Shown here one piece after another: positions 1 through 9,312 of a stretch of DNA of 32,000 bases. Under the pieces are notes generated by a model that saw only the letters and a list, made by a program, of their open reading frames with translations, did no database searches and had not been told where the DNA came from. The translations under genes were made by a program, and so were the position numbers. Each line of letters opens with the position of its first letter. Position 1 is the stretch's first letter. Origin of the DNA: Prochlorococcus marinus str. NATL2A (GTDB taxonomy: Bacteria > Cyanobacteriota > Cyanobacteriia > PCC-6307 > Cyanobiaceae); assembly GCF_000012465.1 (NCBI RefSeq), contig NC_007335.2, positions 630,001 through 662,000 on the forward strand, read 5' to 3'.

Positions 1-503
1 CCAGATAATATAAGCCTTAAAAAAGCAGTATCATTGTCCATTTTATTTCTACTTCCAATAGCATCTCTTGGGATTAAAATGTTTAATCCTTGTTGTAAAA
101 GATCCATCGATGTTTGAAGAACACATATATGACTCTCAATCCCACTTACTATAATATTTTTAAAATTATAATCATTTATATACTTAATAAAGTTCTTATT
201 GTTAATACAACTAAATTCCATTTTTTCAAATTTAGGATATTCATTATTATCTGTAATAGATTCTAGAGTCTTCCCAAGCTTCAATGGATTTTGTTCCGTA
301 ATAGCGATACGAACATCAAGCAAATTGCAGGTATCAATAAGCTTTTTTATGTTAAATATTAATTGTTGATTGTCTTTTATATTCTTTATAAGCTTTTTTT
401 GCACATCTACTATAAGTAGTAATGTTTCATCCTCTACTATTATTTTATTATTATTATTATTTGTATTGATTGGGTTTGGATTTGTTTTTATGAATTGATC
501 CAT
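1..503 (-). CDS. isochorismatase-family (cysteine) hydrolase; C-terminus runs off the window
   Basis: Not in the ORF track because there is no stop in the window. My translation of the minus strand from ATG (503-501) reads MDQFIKTNPNPINTNNNNNKIIVEDETLLLIVDVQKKL...AITEQNP...NIIVSGIESHICVLQTSMDLLQQGLNILIPRDAIGSR. The LLIVDVQ, TEQ and GIExHICVxQT blocks are the isochorismatase/YcaC-type signature. Confidence 0.8.
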   Translation of the reverse strand, partial: MDQFIKTNPNPINTNNNNNKIIVEDETLLLIVDVQKKLIKNIKDNQQLIFNIKKLIDTCNLLDVRIAITEQNPLKLGKTLESITDNNEYPKFEKMEFSCINNKNFIKYINDYNFKNIIVSGIESHICVLQTSMDLLQQGLNILIPRDAIGSRNKMDNDTAFLRLILS

Positions 504-640
504 CTTAGAATTTCTTTCTGTTTATCTAAATATAAATCATCTAATAAATTTAAACATAATTTTTATCGAAAAGAATCTGAATAAGCTTTCCTTTTTGTTG
601 CGGGCTGTTCTCATTACGCTATGCTATTGAGAAAGCAAAG

Positions 641-1105
641 TTGATATTGGTTTCTCCCCCTGCCTATCGAAGTCATCCTTCTCCTTTTGAATCTGGCCTT
701 CGTTCAGATGGTAAAAGAATGACCCCTCAAAGGAAAAAGGTTCTTTCTCTGTTTGAAGAGATTGGCTCTGGAATCCATCTCAGCGCGGAGGAGGTACATT
801 CCAAGTTGACAATTTCTGGGGAGAAGGTTTCTCTTGCGACTATTTACAGAACTTTAAGACTCTTGGTCAAGATGACCTTCCTTAATGAACTTGATTTAAG
901 TGAGGGAGGGAATAGGTTCGAATTGCTTAGTCATGACCATCCAGATCATCATCATTTGATTTGTATTCGTTGTGGTAGAACTGAAGAGTTTGAAAATAAT
1001 AATGTTATTAATGCTGGTAAAGCAGCAGCTAAAAACTTTGGATTTAAATTATTGGAGTCATCGTTAAATGTGAGAGCTTTATGTCCCAAGTGTTCTAACA
1101 AATAA
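641..1105 (+). CDS. Fur-family metalloregulator (Fur/Zur/PerR type not resolvable)
   Basis: The motifs LRSDGKRMTPQRKKVL, SLATIYRTLRLL (winged helix), HDHPDHHHLICIRCGRTEEF and C-terminal CPKC are typical Fur-family metal sites. The N-terminal helix (GLRSDGKRMTPQR) lies upstream of the first ATG (719). The TTG at 641 or 647 is therefore the more plausible start. Confidence 0.85.
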   Translation: MILVSPPAYRSHPSPFESGLRSDGKRMTPQRKKVLSLFEEIGSGIHLSAEEVHSKLTISGEKVSLATIYRTLRLLVKMTFLNELDLSEGGNRFELLSHDHPDHHHLICIRCGRTEEFENNNVINAGKAAAKNFGFKLLESSLNVRALCPKCSNK

Positions 1106-1114
1106 ACCTTTTTT

Positions 1115-2059
1115 TTAAGTTAATTCTCCACCACAACTTGAACCCGCTCCAGCAGTACATCCAAAACAATGATTCCCTGTTGAAATAGGATTATTCTTTA
1201 AAGAGACAAGTGGAATCAATAGATCATTCAAATGCTTCACGTTACCATTTCTCTTCATCCCAAGTTGTTGGTTGAAATCACAATCATATAAAAAACCTTT
1301 CCAATCAACACTAAGAGTTGATCTACACATTACTGAATTAATATTTCCTGGATTATGATTATCTTTGAGTAATTTATTATACTCTTCTAGTTTTCCAATT
1401 GTTTTTAAATAGTTCTCATATCTATTAATTGGCATATTCGCTAAAACATATAAATTCGAGAAAAAAATACCATACCTTTCTTTTAGTTCGCGTCTATAAA
1501 TATCTTCTAGCTCTTTTTGAGATGGTGGAAGTTGTGGAGTACTTGGATTATAGACTAGATTCAAAAGCAGACCTTTATCTTTTATGCCGTAACCTAAATT
1601 GTTAAGCTGTTTAAGAGCTAATATACTTTTTTCAAAAACACCTTTTCCTCGTTGTTTGTCTACATTGCCCTCTAGATAACAAGGAAGAGATGCAGTTATT
1701 TGTACTTTATTTGATGCTAAAAAACCTGCTAAACTTTCGTAACCCGGCTCTTTAAGGATTGTTAAATTACATCTGTCCATAACTTCAACATTAAGACTAC
1801 GTACTTCTATTACTAATTGTTTAAATTTAGGATGAAGCTCGGGGGCTCCTCCGGTAATATCTAGAAGCTTAATTTCGTTAGCTTTGATAACTTTAGGTAT
1901 GAGTTTTATGATATCATCGCTCATCATTTCTGTTCTGCTTGGACTAGAATCAACATGACAATGACTGCAGGCTTGATTACATTTATAGCCTATGTTTATT
2001 TGCAAAGTATCAAGATAGTCTCTCTTGATTTTTGGGAATTTTTTTTTAATTATCTCCAT
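1115..2059 (-). CDS. arsS: radical SAM / Cys-rich C-terminal domain protein of the ArsS (arsenosugar biosynthesis radical SAM) family
   Basis: It has a CNQACSHC (CxxxCxxC) radical-SAM cluster motif near the N-terminus after LQINIGYKCN. The C-terminal tail is Cys/Gly-rich (NHCFGCTAGAGSSCGGEL), as in the radical SAM/Cys-rich family now named ArsS. Its length of 314 aa fits the family. Assignment is by remembered family features, not by search. Confidence 0.75.
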   Translation of the reverse strand: MEIIKKKFPKIKRDYLDTLQINIGYKCNQACSHCHVDSSPSRTEMMSDDIIKLIPKVIKANEIKLLDITGGAPELHPKFKQLVIEVRSLNVEVMDRCNLTILKEPGYESLAGFLASNKVQITASLPCYLEGNVDKQRGKGVFEKSILALKQLNNLGYGIKDKGLLLNLVYNPSTPQLPPSQKELEDIYRRELKERYGIFFSNLYVLANMPINRYENYLKTIGKLEEYNKLLKDNHNPGNINSVMCRSTLSVDWKGFLYDCDFNQQLGMKRNGNVKHLNDLLIPLVSLKNNPISTGNHCFGCTAGAGSSCGGELT

Positions 2060-2145
2060 AAAGATCTATATATGAAAAGCATCAACTTTCATTATAGTTA
2101 AAATATTTACTTAAGTGAGAATTTAAAAAAAAATTTACTAATAAG

Positions 2146-3345
2146 CTAAAAGTTACTAGCTAATTGTTTAAACCACTTAATATATTCTTTTGGCCCATCA
2201 TTAATAATCATATTGAATTTCAAATCATCATTAGGATCACTAACTCCTTTCATATCAGTTCCATTTATTCTTGGTCTTAATACCTGCTCGTTGCAGCTGT
2301 TGACAAATACAACTTGATTATCTTTCTTATATGATTCTCCCAACCTTTGGATCAATGTTAAGAAACCTCGATCACTTCCACCTCTTAACCAAGAATTATC
2401 TTTGTTATCTTTAACCGAGGTTACCGTATCGCCAACACCTACTAGAAGTGGCATTTGTTCGTGCGGTATTTTATCTCTGCATAGCTTTATTAATTGAGCA
2501 TGTGTCTTTGGAGCATTCCTGACATTGAAGTTTTCACCGAATGGATAAACGCCAGTTTTATTTGCTATGTATTTATTTAATAGAAATAAAAGGCCTGCTT
2601 CTTTTATTGCACCCTTGATAATGAACTGGATATCTGTTGTTCCAAATTCATTTTGAGTTGAATATTTCATTATTTCTCTGCCATCTCTTATCCCTAGATT
2701 AGGCATCAAATGCAGATAAAAAGAATTATCTAAGCCAAGATTTTTAGATTCTTCTAGTAAATTATTCATTATTTTTCCCATAATCAATTGCAAATCTTTA
2801 ACTTTTTGAAAATCATTTTTAACGTAGCTAAAGATTTCATTAAAATTCAAAGTAGGTGTAAAGCGTGTATCACATACAGCTACATCAATTAATTTATTTC
2901 TTTTCTCATTTGAAAGGTTTGGTAAGAATTTTTTTAATTCATTAGTTAACATTGAACTCATCATCTTTGGAACTTCTGCTAAAAAGTTAATCTCATTATC
3001 TTTGAGTCCTGGATAGGATGAATTACTAAATCTATCTTGATACTCAACTCCACACGCTGCAAGGCCAGGTAAGTATAAGCCATTTTCTTTTGCAGTTGTT
3101 TTCGAATCAAGTGCCTTTTCTACTAAGCGATTAACGCCTCTTTTGCCTTCATGCTCCCCGCAGGTTAGAACTGCAAACTTCTCTCTTAATTTTGAAACGT
3201 CCTTCACATATTCTTTGTTGATCTCTCTTTGAAGTGGGTCTTGAACTAGTGGAATACAAACGCCGTCAAGATCCTGAACTATTAAAATATTTTGTTCGTT
3301 GATTATAATGTTAATAAGTTCTTCTTTCATCTTAAATATTTTCAT
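2146..3345 (-). CDS. stpA: StpA/GgpP-family phosphatase (glucosylglycerol-3-phosphate phosphatase-like, HAD-type DxD motif)
   Basis: Blocks ILIVQDLDGVCIPLVQDPL, LTCGEHEGKRGVN, GLYLPGLAACGVEYQDR, GTTDIQFIIKGAIKEAGLLFLLNKY, GVGDTVTS and RGGSDRGFLTLIQRLG match my memory of Synechocystis StpA. The 399 aa length is comparable. It is co-directional with arsS-like, separated by an 86-bp gap. Confidence 0.7.
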   Translation of the reverse strand: MKIFKMKEELINIIINEQNILIVQDLDGVCIPLVQDPLQREINKEYVKDVSKLREKFAVLTCGEHEGKRGVNRLVEKALDSKTTAKENGLYLPGLAACGVEYQDRFSNSSYPGLKDNEINFLAEVPKMMSSMLTNELKKFLPNLSNEKRNKLIDVAVCDTRFTPTLNFNEIFSYVKNDFQKVKDLQLIMGKIMNNLLEESKNLGLDNSFYLHLMPNLGIRDGREIMKYSTQNEFGTTDIQFIIKGAIKEAGLLFLLNKYIANKTGVYPFGENFNVRNAPKTHAQLIKLCRDKIPHEQMPLLVGVGDTVTSVKDNKDNSWLRGGSDRGFLTLIQRLGESYKKDNQVVFVNSCNEQVLRPRINGTDMKGVSDPNDDLKFNMIINDGPKEYIKWFKQLASNF

Positions 3346-3508
3346 AAAAGAAGCCTTTAAATATTAGTTTACACTAGATCAAATGAAGATACACTTTCTT
3401 GATAGTTATTGTTCTTAAATAATTATATAGAGATATATTCAGTATAGTAAAAACTATTTTTAAAAGTTTCTAATTATTGTATATAATCTAATTGAATGAA
3501 AATGAACT

Positions 3509-5050
3509 GTGTTTGATAAGAATTTACGTAATAGCTTTTTTGCTGAGCCTTATTCAAGTGAGCCTTTAGCCATAAGAATCAGAGAGGTTTTGAATGGAAA
3601 AGTCGGATTTTACAGTGTCGGCTTATACCCTGCCTCTCTTGCCTATAACTGTGCGTTGCAAAATGAAGGCTTCAACATTCTTCTAGCCCCAAGAGACGGT
3701 AGAGAACTCTTTGGAGCTTTTTCTGATATTGATCTCTCTGAAATGGATAACGGTATAAAAAATAAAATTGAATCTATGGCAATCCCAAATGAAGATAAAT
3801 CAGGCAGATATAATACTCTTAAGGATTTATTGATTAACTGTGAATTAGTTGTTTTGAGTTCAAATAGTAAACATATAATAACTGACCTTGATTTAGCATT
3901 CAAGCTCAGAAAAGAGCTAAATCGAGATAATGTTTTAATTGCATGCTTGGTTGGATCATTTTGCCATGATCATAATTTGAACGAATCTTTTGTGTTGTGC
4001 GAAAAATTAAATAAACTAGCTTTCTTTTCAGGGTTTCATCGACACGGAGCTCTTCGAAATCCATTAGATAGTTTTACAGCTAACTTTTGTCATCCAGACT
4101 CTATGAATGCAATATTAGGTGCAAAATTATTAAATAAAATTTCACCAAATATTCAAGTTTCTGCAGGTATACATAATGTTGAAGGTCAATACATTAAAGC
4201 TGCTAAAAATATATCTTCAATCTTTGCGGGTTTTGGTCATACTTTTCATAAGAATAATCCTGGATTGCTACCAACTTTATTAACTCTATTATTAGATCAG
4301 TGCTTAGATCAGGCTGCCTACGTTTCAATGAGTCGAACAGATAGGGAGGACTTATATTCTAAACAACCTTTTCCTATTACCGAACTTGGATATAGCGTCC
4401 AACGCATAGAGGCCTCCTATGTTAAGGATGGAGATTTTGTTCAGGTTAGAGATCATACTTTTACTCAACTGAAAGCTATGGTTGCGGATGTGAGAGGGAG
4501 TATGATGTTGCCTGTAAGTGGTAACCCAACTAGGAATTTTCAAGCTGGTCAAGTCCTGGCTGAGAGGATGATTGAGTATAAAAGATGTCCAAAAGGTGTA
4601 GATGAATTTATAGAATGGTGCGAAAGATCGGGTCTTAAGCGTGGAGCTTTAGAAGGAATAAACTCTTTAAATTATTGGCCAAATATTTTAAGAAAGTATT
4701 CAATACCCTTGAATAATTCCTCAATGATTAATCTTTTATATATGTGTATATTGGGACCTGTTGAGATAAAAAATTGTATTTATAATGTTATGTCAAGTAG
4801 CCGTGAATTAGCCAACTATTGTCAAGAATCTGTTAAGTCATCACAAAACAAGAAAATATCTGAAGCACTAGATAATTTCCATTTAAAAACTTCTGTAGAT
4901 TTTGTAACAAAGTCACTAATTGATGATGATAAATTATTTTTTGAAAATAATGAGATTGGCTTTGATAATCCACTAGGAGCACAAAATATGCCGATTTATA
5001 ATAAAGTTATTGATTACATGGAGACCTATTTATTAGAATCTAATCTATAA
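3509..5050 (+). CDS. GpsA-like (NAD(P)-dependent glycerol-3-phosphate dehydrogenase fold) protein with a degenerate dinucleotide loop and a ~180-aa C-terminal extension; function unknown
   Basis: GTG start. The N-terminus KVGFYSVGLYPASLAYNCALQNEGFNILL aligns to GpsA IGAGSWGTALA...G..V.LW, but GxGxxG is replaced by SVGLYP. The central FFSGFHRHG...VEGQYIKAAKNISSIFAGFG aligns to GpsA ISGP.FA...GV.LGGA.KNVIAI.AG. The remainder has no family I recognise. Confidence 0.5.
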   Translation: MFDKNLRNSFFAEPYSSEPLAIRIREVLNGKVGFYSVGLYPASLAYNCALQNEGFNILLAPRDGRELFGAFSDIDLSEMDNGIKNKIESMAIPNEDKSGRYNTLKDLLINCELVVLSSNSKHIITDLDLAFKLRKELNRDNVLIACLVGSFCHDHNLNESFVLCEKLNKLAFFSGFHRHGALRNPLDSFTANFCHPDSMNAILGAKLLNKISPNIQVSAGIHNVEGQYIKAAKNISSIFAGFGHTFHKNNPGLLPTLLTLLLDQCLDQAAYVSMSRTDREDLYSKQPFPITELGYSVQRIEASYVKDGDFVQVRDHTFTQLKAMVADVRGSMMLPVSGNPTRNFQAGQVLAERMIEYKRCPKGVDEFIEWCERSGLKRGALEGINSLNYWPNILRKYSIPLNNSSMINLLYMCILGPVEIKNCIYNVMSSSRELANYCQESVKSSQNKKISEALDNFHLKTSVDFVTKSLIDDDKLFFENNEIGFDNPLGAQNMPIYNKVIDYMETYLLESNL

Positions 5051-5060
5051 AATAAACCCT

Positions 5061-6224
5061 ATGAATTTTGAAAAAATAAGTTTAATTACTTCCAATTTTT
5101 TTGATAACAGTAAACTTTTAAATATTGATTTTATAGATTCTGGCCTTATAAATAAAACGTATATTATTGAACATCTAATTAATGGGAAAAAGTCTAAATT
5201 TGTTTTACAGTGTCTTAGTAATATCTTTGAATCCTATGAGAAAATTAATATGAATCATAAATTAATAACTAATCATATTAAAAATAAAATTAAAGGAAAT
5301 TATCTTAAATCTAGCAATCAAAGATGGGAAGTTCCAAGTTTAATTAAGTGTAATTCTAATAACCTTTTTGTATTTCCTTTTTGCGAAGGTTTTTGGCGAG
5401 CTATGGAATATATAGATGACACTTTTAACTTTGATATTTTAGAAGATAATAAAATGGCTTATCAAACTGGTCTTGGTCTTGCTAAGTTTCATGAAATATG
5501 CTCTGATATTGACCTTGCAAAATTAGAAAATACTATTAAAGATTTTCATGATACAAAAAAATACATTGATCAATTTCATATGACTATTAAAGATTTTAAC
5601 TTTATTAAATTAGACGATAATGTAAATAAAAGGGTTCAAAATTTAATTGATAGTTTATCCAATCATATCTTATATATTGAATCTTTATTAGGATATTTAA
5701 ATAAAAAATCAATACAACCTTGTTTAATTCATGGTGATCCGAAGTTAAGTAATTTTCTTTTTGATATTCAAAATAAATATGTTGTTTCTTTGATTGATCT
5801 AGATACTGTATCTTCTGGTTGTTTGCCTACTGATTTGGCTGATTGTATTCGATCCATTTGTAATATTGCTGGCGAGGATCCAGATAATATAGAGAATGTA
5901 TTTTTTGATGTCGATTGTTTTAATTATTTTCTCAAAGGTTATTTCTCTTCTTCTAATAAAAATTATGATTACGGTTTTGGTCTCCTTCTCGAATTTATTT
6001 ATTTGATAATTGTTGAATTAATTATTAGATTCCTGAATGACTTTTTACAATCAAATAGGTACTTCAAAGTAAAATATCAAACTCACAATCTATATAGAGC
6101 AGAGGTGCAATATCGATTGCTTGCTAGTTTCATTACTCAAATTCCTACTTTGTCAAATTCACTTCTTGGAATTGGGATTTCTTCAAACTCAAATTTTGTC
6201 TTCGATGTACAAAATATTGTTTAG
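5061..6224 (+). CDS. APH/choline-kinase-fold phosphotransferase (small-molecule or sugar kinase-like)
   Basis: It has an N-terminal nucleotide-loop-like DSGLINKTYII and the catalytic block LIHGDPKLSNFLFD (HxDxxxxN). This is followed by SLIDLDTV, the metal-binding D of the DxD/DFG-equivalent. It starts 10 nt after the preceding stop and is very AT-rich. Confidence 0.7.
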   Translation: MNFEKISLITSNFFDNSKLLNIDFIDSGLINKTYIIEHLINGKKSKFVLQCLSNIFESYEKINMNHKLITNHIKNKIKGNYLKSSNQRWEVPSLIKCNSNNLFVFPFCEGFWRAMEYIDDTFNFDILEDNKMAYQTGLGLAKFHEICSDIDLAKLENTIKDFHDTKKYIDQFHMTIKDFNFIKLDDNVNKRVQNLIDSLSNHILYIESLLGYLNKKSIQPCLIHGDPKLSNFLFDIQNKYVVSLIDLDTVSSGCLPTDLADCIRSICNIAGEDPDNIENVFFDVDCFNYFLKGYFSSSNKNYDYGFGLLLEFIYLIIVELIIRFLNDFLQSNRYFKVKYQTHNLYRAEVQYRLLASFITQIPTLSNSLLGIGISSNSNFVFDVQNIV

Positions 6225-6278
6225 GGTTTCACATAATCCAACTTATCACTAAAGTAAAATCGATATTTATTTTTTCTT

Positions 6279-6974
6279 GTGGCAAAGGAATTAACCCATA
6301 GAGCCGATGAGCTTAAACAATTAGGTTGGAATCAGGAAGATTTGTACAAATACATTGAGTTATGGGATTACAGACAAAGGTGGGGCTCTATAAATCTAGA
6401 GAGAGAAGATAGGTTGTTTCTAAGAAAAGCAGAATCTTTATTGCCTGAAATTTCTAAAAGCAAAGTTTCAGTTAAAAAACCTCTCAAGGAAAAGTCATAT
6501 TATTGCTGGATTCAGTTTTTCCTGAATGAAATGAATGATTTTGAGTTGAATGAAAATTTAGACGATGGCATGAGAGGTATTTGGCCTATTTTTCTAGAGG
6601 AGGAACTTCGAGTAATTGATTATTTCGAACCAGTTTTAGGCTTGCCGGATACAATTAAGGCTAAATTAATCGGCCCAATTAGAGAGAACTTGGTCAAAAC
6701 AGCTTTAGAAATCTACAAAGATTCAGTTATTACAAAGCAATTTGATTTCCAAAGGGCTTTGGCTAATGCCAAATCTAGTGGTAAAAACTCTAGTTGGAGA
6801 TCTCTTAGAGATGGTGATTTTGAGAGCAATCAAGACTATCAAATTATTTATAAAGATAACGTTCTTGAATTCCGTAAGAAAGTCAATGAAAAGCTTTTAT
6901 CATTTATAAAAGAGAATTTACCATCTCTAGCTGAGTCAGATAAATCTTTACCTCCTAATGATTGGATAAATTAA
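6279..6974 (+). CDS. hypothetical protein (231 aa, soluble, charged)
   Basis: A long ORF with a GTG start, co-directional and tightly spaced with its neighbours (19 nt before metY). I recognise no motif. Confidence 0.55.
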   Translation: MAKELTHRADELKQLGWNQEDLYKYIELWDYRQRWGSINLEREDRLFLRKAESLLPEISKSKVSVKKPLKEKSYYCWIQFFLNEMNDFELNENLDDGMRGIWPIFLEEELRVIDYFEPVLGLPDTIKAKLIGPIRENLVKTALEIYKDSVITKQFDFQRALANAKSSGKNSSWRSLRDGDFESNQDYQIIYKDNVLEFRKKVNEKLLSFIKENLPSLAESDKSLPPNDWIN

Positions 6975-6987
6975 TAGCCAATTCTGA

Positions 6988-8352
<1,365 letters not shown>

Positions 8353-8358
8353 TTTTCC

Positions 8359-8365
8359 AAGGAGG
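8359..8365 (+). promoter_or_regulatory. Shine-Dalgarno AAGGAGG for metA
   Basis: AAGGAGG lies 9 nt upstream of the ATG at 8375, in the 22-nt metY-metA spacer. Confidence 0.6.
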
Positions 8366-8374
8366 TATATAGAT

Positions 8375-9268
8375 ATGGCTTTAATACTTCCTCGTAGTTA
8401 TCATAAAATTTCATCGATAGAAAAAAATCATATTTCATGGATTGAGCCTGAATTAGCAGAAAGACAGGATATTAGACCTCTTAGGATTGGGATATTAAAT
8501 ATTATGCCTTTGGGAAAACAATATGAATTTAATTTATTGCACCCTTTAGGACTGTCTCCTCTGCAAATAGAACCTATATGGATAAGATTGAAATCCCATT
8601 CATATAGGACTTGGGATCTAGAACATCTGAAAAACTTATATGTTCATTGGGAGGAGGCAATGTCTCCCATTCCTCTTGATGGGTTGATTATTACTGGAGC
8701 ACCTGTTGAGCACCTTCCGTTTGAAGAAGTTCATTATTGGAAGGAATTAGTAAACCTAATTGAGGAAGCAAAATTAAAATGTGCAAGTACCCTAGGATTG
8801 TGTTGGGCTGGTTTTGCAATGGCTTATATGGCTGGAGTTGAGAAAGAAAATTTTAATAAAAAGCTTTTTGGTGTATATCCAATGAGAAGTCTTGTTCCTA
8901 GCCATTCTTTAATGGGAACACAGGATGATGAGTTCTTCTGTCCCCAAAGTAGGCATGCTGGTTTACCAGATATCGAAATGGAAAAAGCAGAACAAAAAGG
9001 CAAGCTAAGATTATTGGCTCATGGAGAAAAAGTAGGTTACACAATTTTTGAAACACCTGACCAGAGGCAATTAATGCATTTAGGACATCCTGAATATAAC
9101 GTTGATAGATTAAAATCTGAGATGGAAAGGGATAAGAAAAGAGGCGATGTACCTCCTCCAGAAAATTTTGATTTGACCAAATCAAATACTTCATGGCGAT
9201 CACATAGAAACTTATTATTTCAACAATGGTTGTGGTTCTGTTATCAACGTGTAAGCCTGAGTGTTTAA
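8375..9268 (+). CDS. metA: homoserine O-acyltransferase, MetA family (succinyl/acetyl specificity not resolvable)
   Basis: RPLRIGILNIMP, GLIITGAPVE and the active-site Cys block STLGLCWAGFA support the call, as does HLGHPEY. The 297 aa length fits. Confidence 0.9.
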   Translation: MALILPRSYHKISSIEKNHISWIEPELAERQDIRPLRIGILNIMPLGKQYEFNLLHPLGLSPLQIEPIWIRLKSHSYRTWDLEHLKNLYVHWEEAMSPIPLDGLIITGAPVEHLPFEEVHYWKELVNLIEEAKLKCASTLGLCWAGFAMAYMAGVEKENFNKKLFGVYPMRSLVPSHSLMGTQDDEFFCPQSRHAGLPDIEMEKAEQKGKLRLLAHGEKVGYTIFETPDQRQLMHLGHPEYNVDRLKSEMERDKKRGDVPPPENFDLTKSNTSWRSHRNLLFQQWLWFCYQRVSLSV

Positions 9269-9312
9269 TTTTTTTGGATTTTTCAGGGATAAGCTTTTGT
9301 TGAAAAAATTGA

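Noticed and set aside
421-470. ATT/TTA trinucleotide-rich run that looks like a microsatellite
   Set aside because: It lies within the isochorismatase-like CDS and encodes a poly-Asn linker (TNNNNNK). A similar Asn-rich run occurs in the FAD oxidase (NNNNYNNSN). This is a compositional effect, not a distinct repeat element.
504-640. Possible Fur/Zur box in the divergent promoter between the isochorismatase-like and Fur-like genes (for example ATAAATCATCTAATAAAT, ACATAATTTTTATCG)
   Set aside because: AT-rich hexamer arrays resembling GATAAT repeats arise at high frequency in roughly 80% AT spacer DNA. None forms a convincing 7-1-7 palindrome, so I cannot separate it from background without a PWM and conservation.
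3643-4552. Track ORFs 3643-3903(-) and 4352-4552(-), antisense to the GpsA-like gene
   Set aside because: They are short and low-complexity, have no motifs, and lie wholly inside a longer ORF with family-like blocks on the other strand. Such shadow ORFs are expected in AT-rich DNA.
8898-9203. 101-aa ORF antisense to metA
   Set aside because: It is embedded in a confidently identified metA and the translated sequence has no recognisable features.
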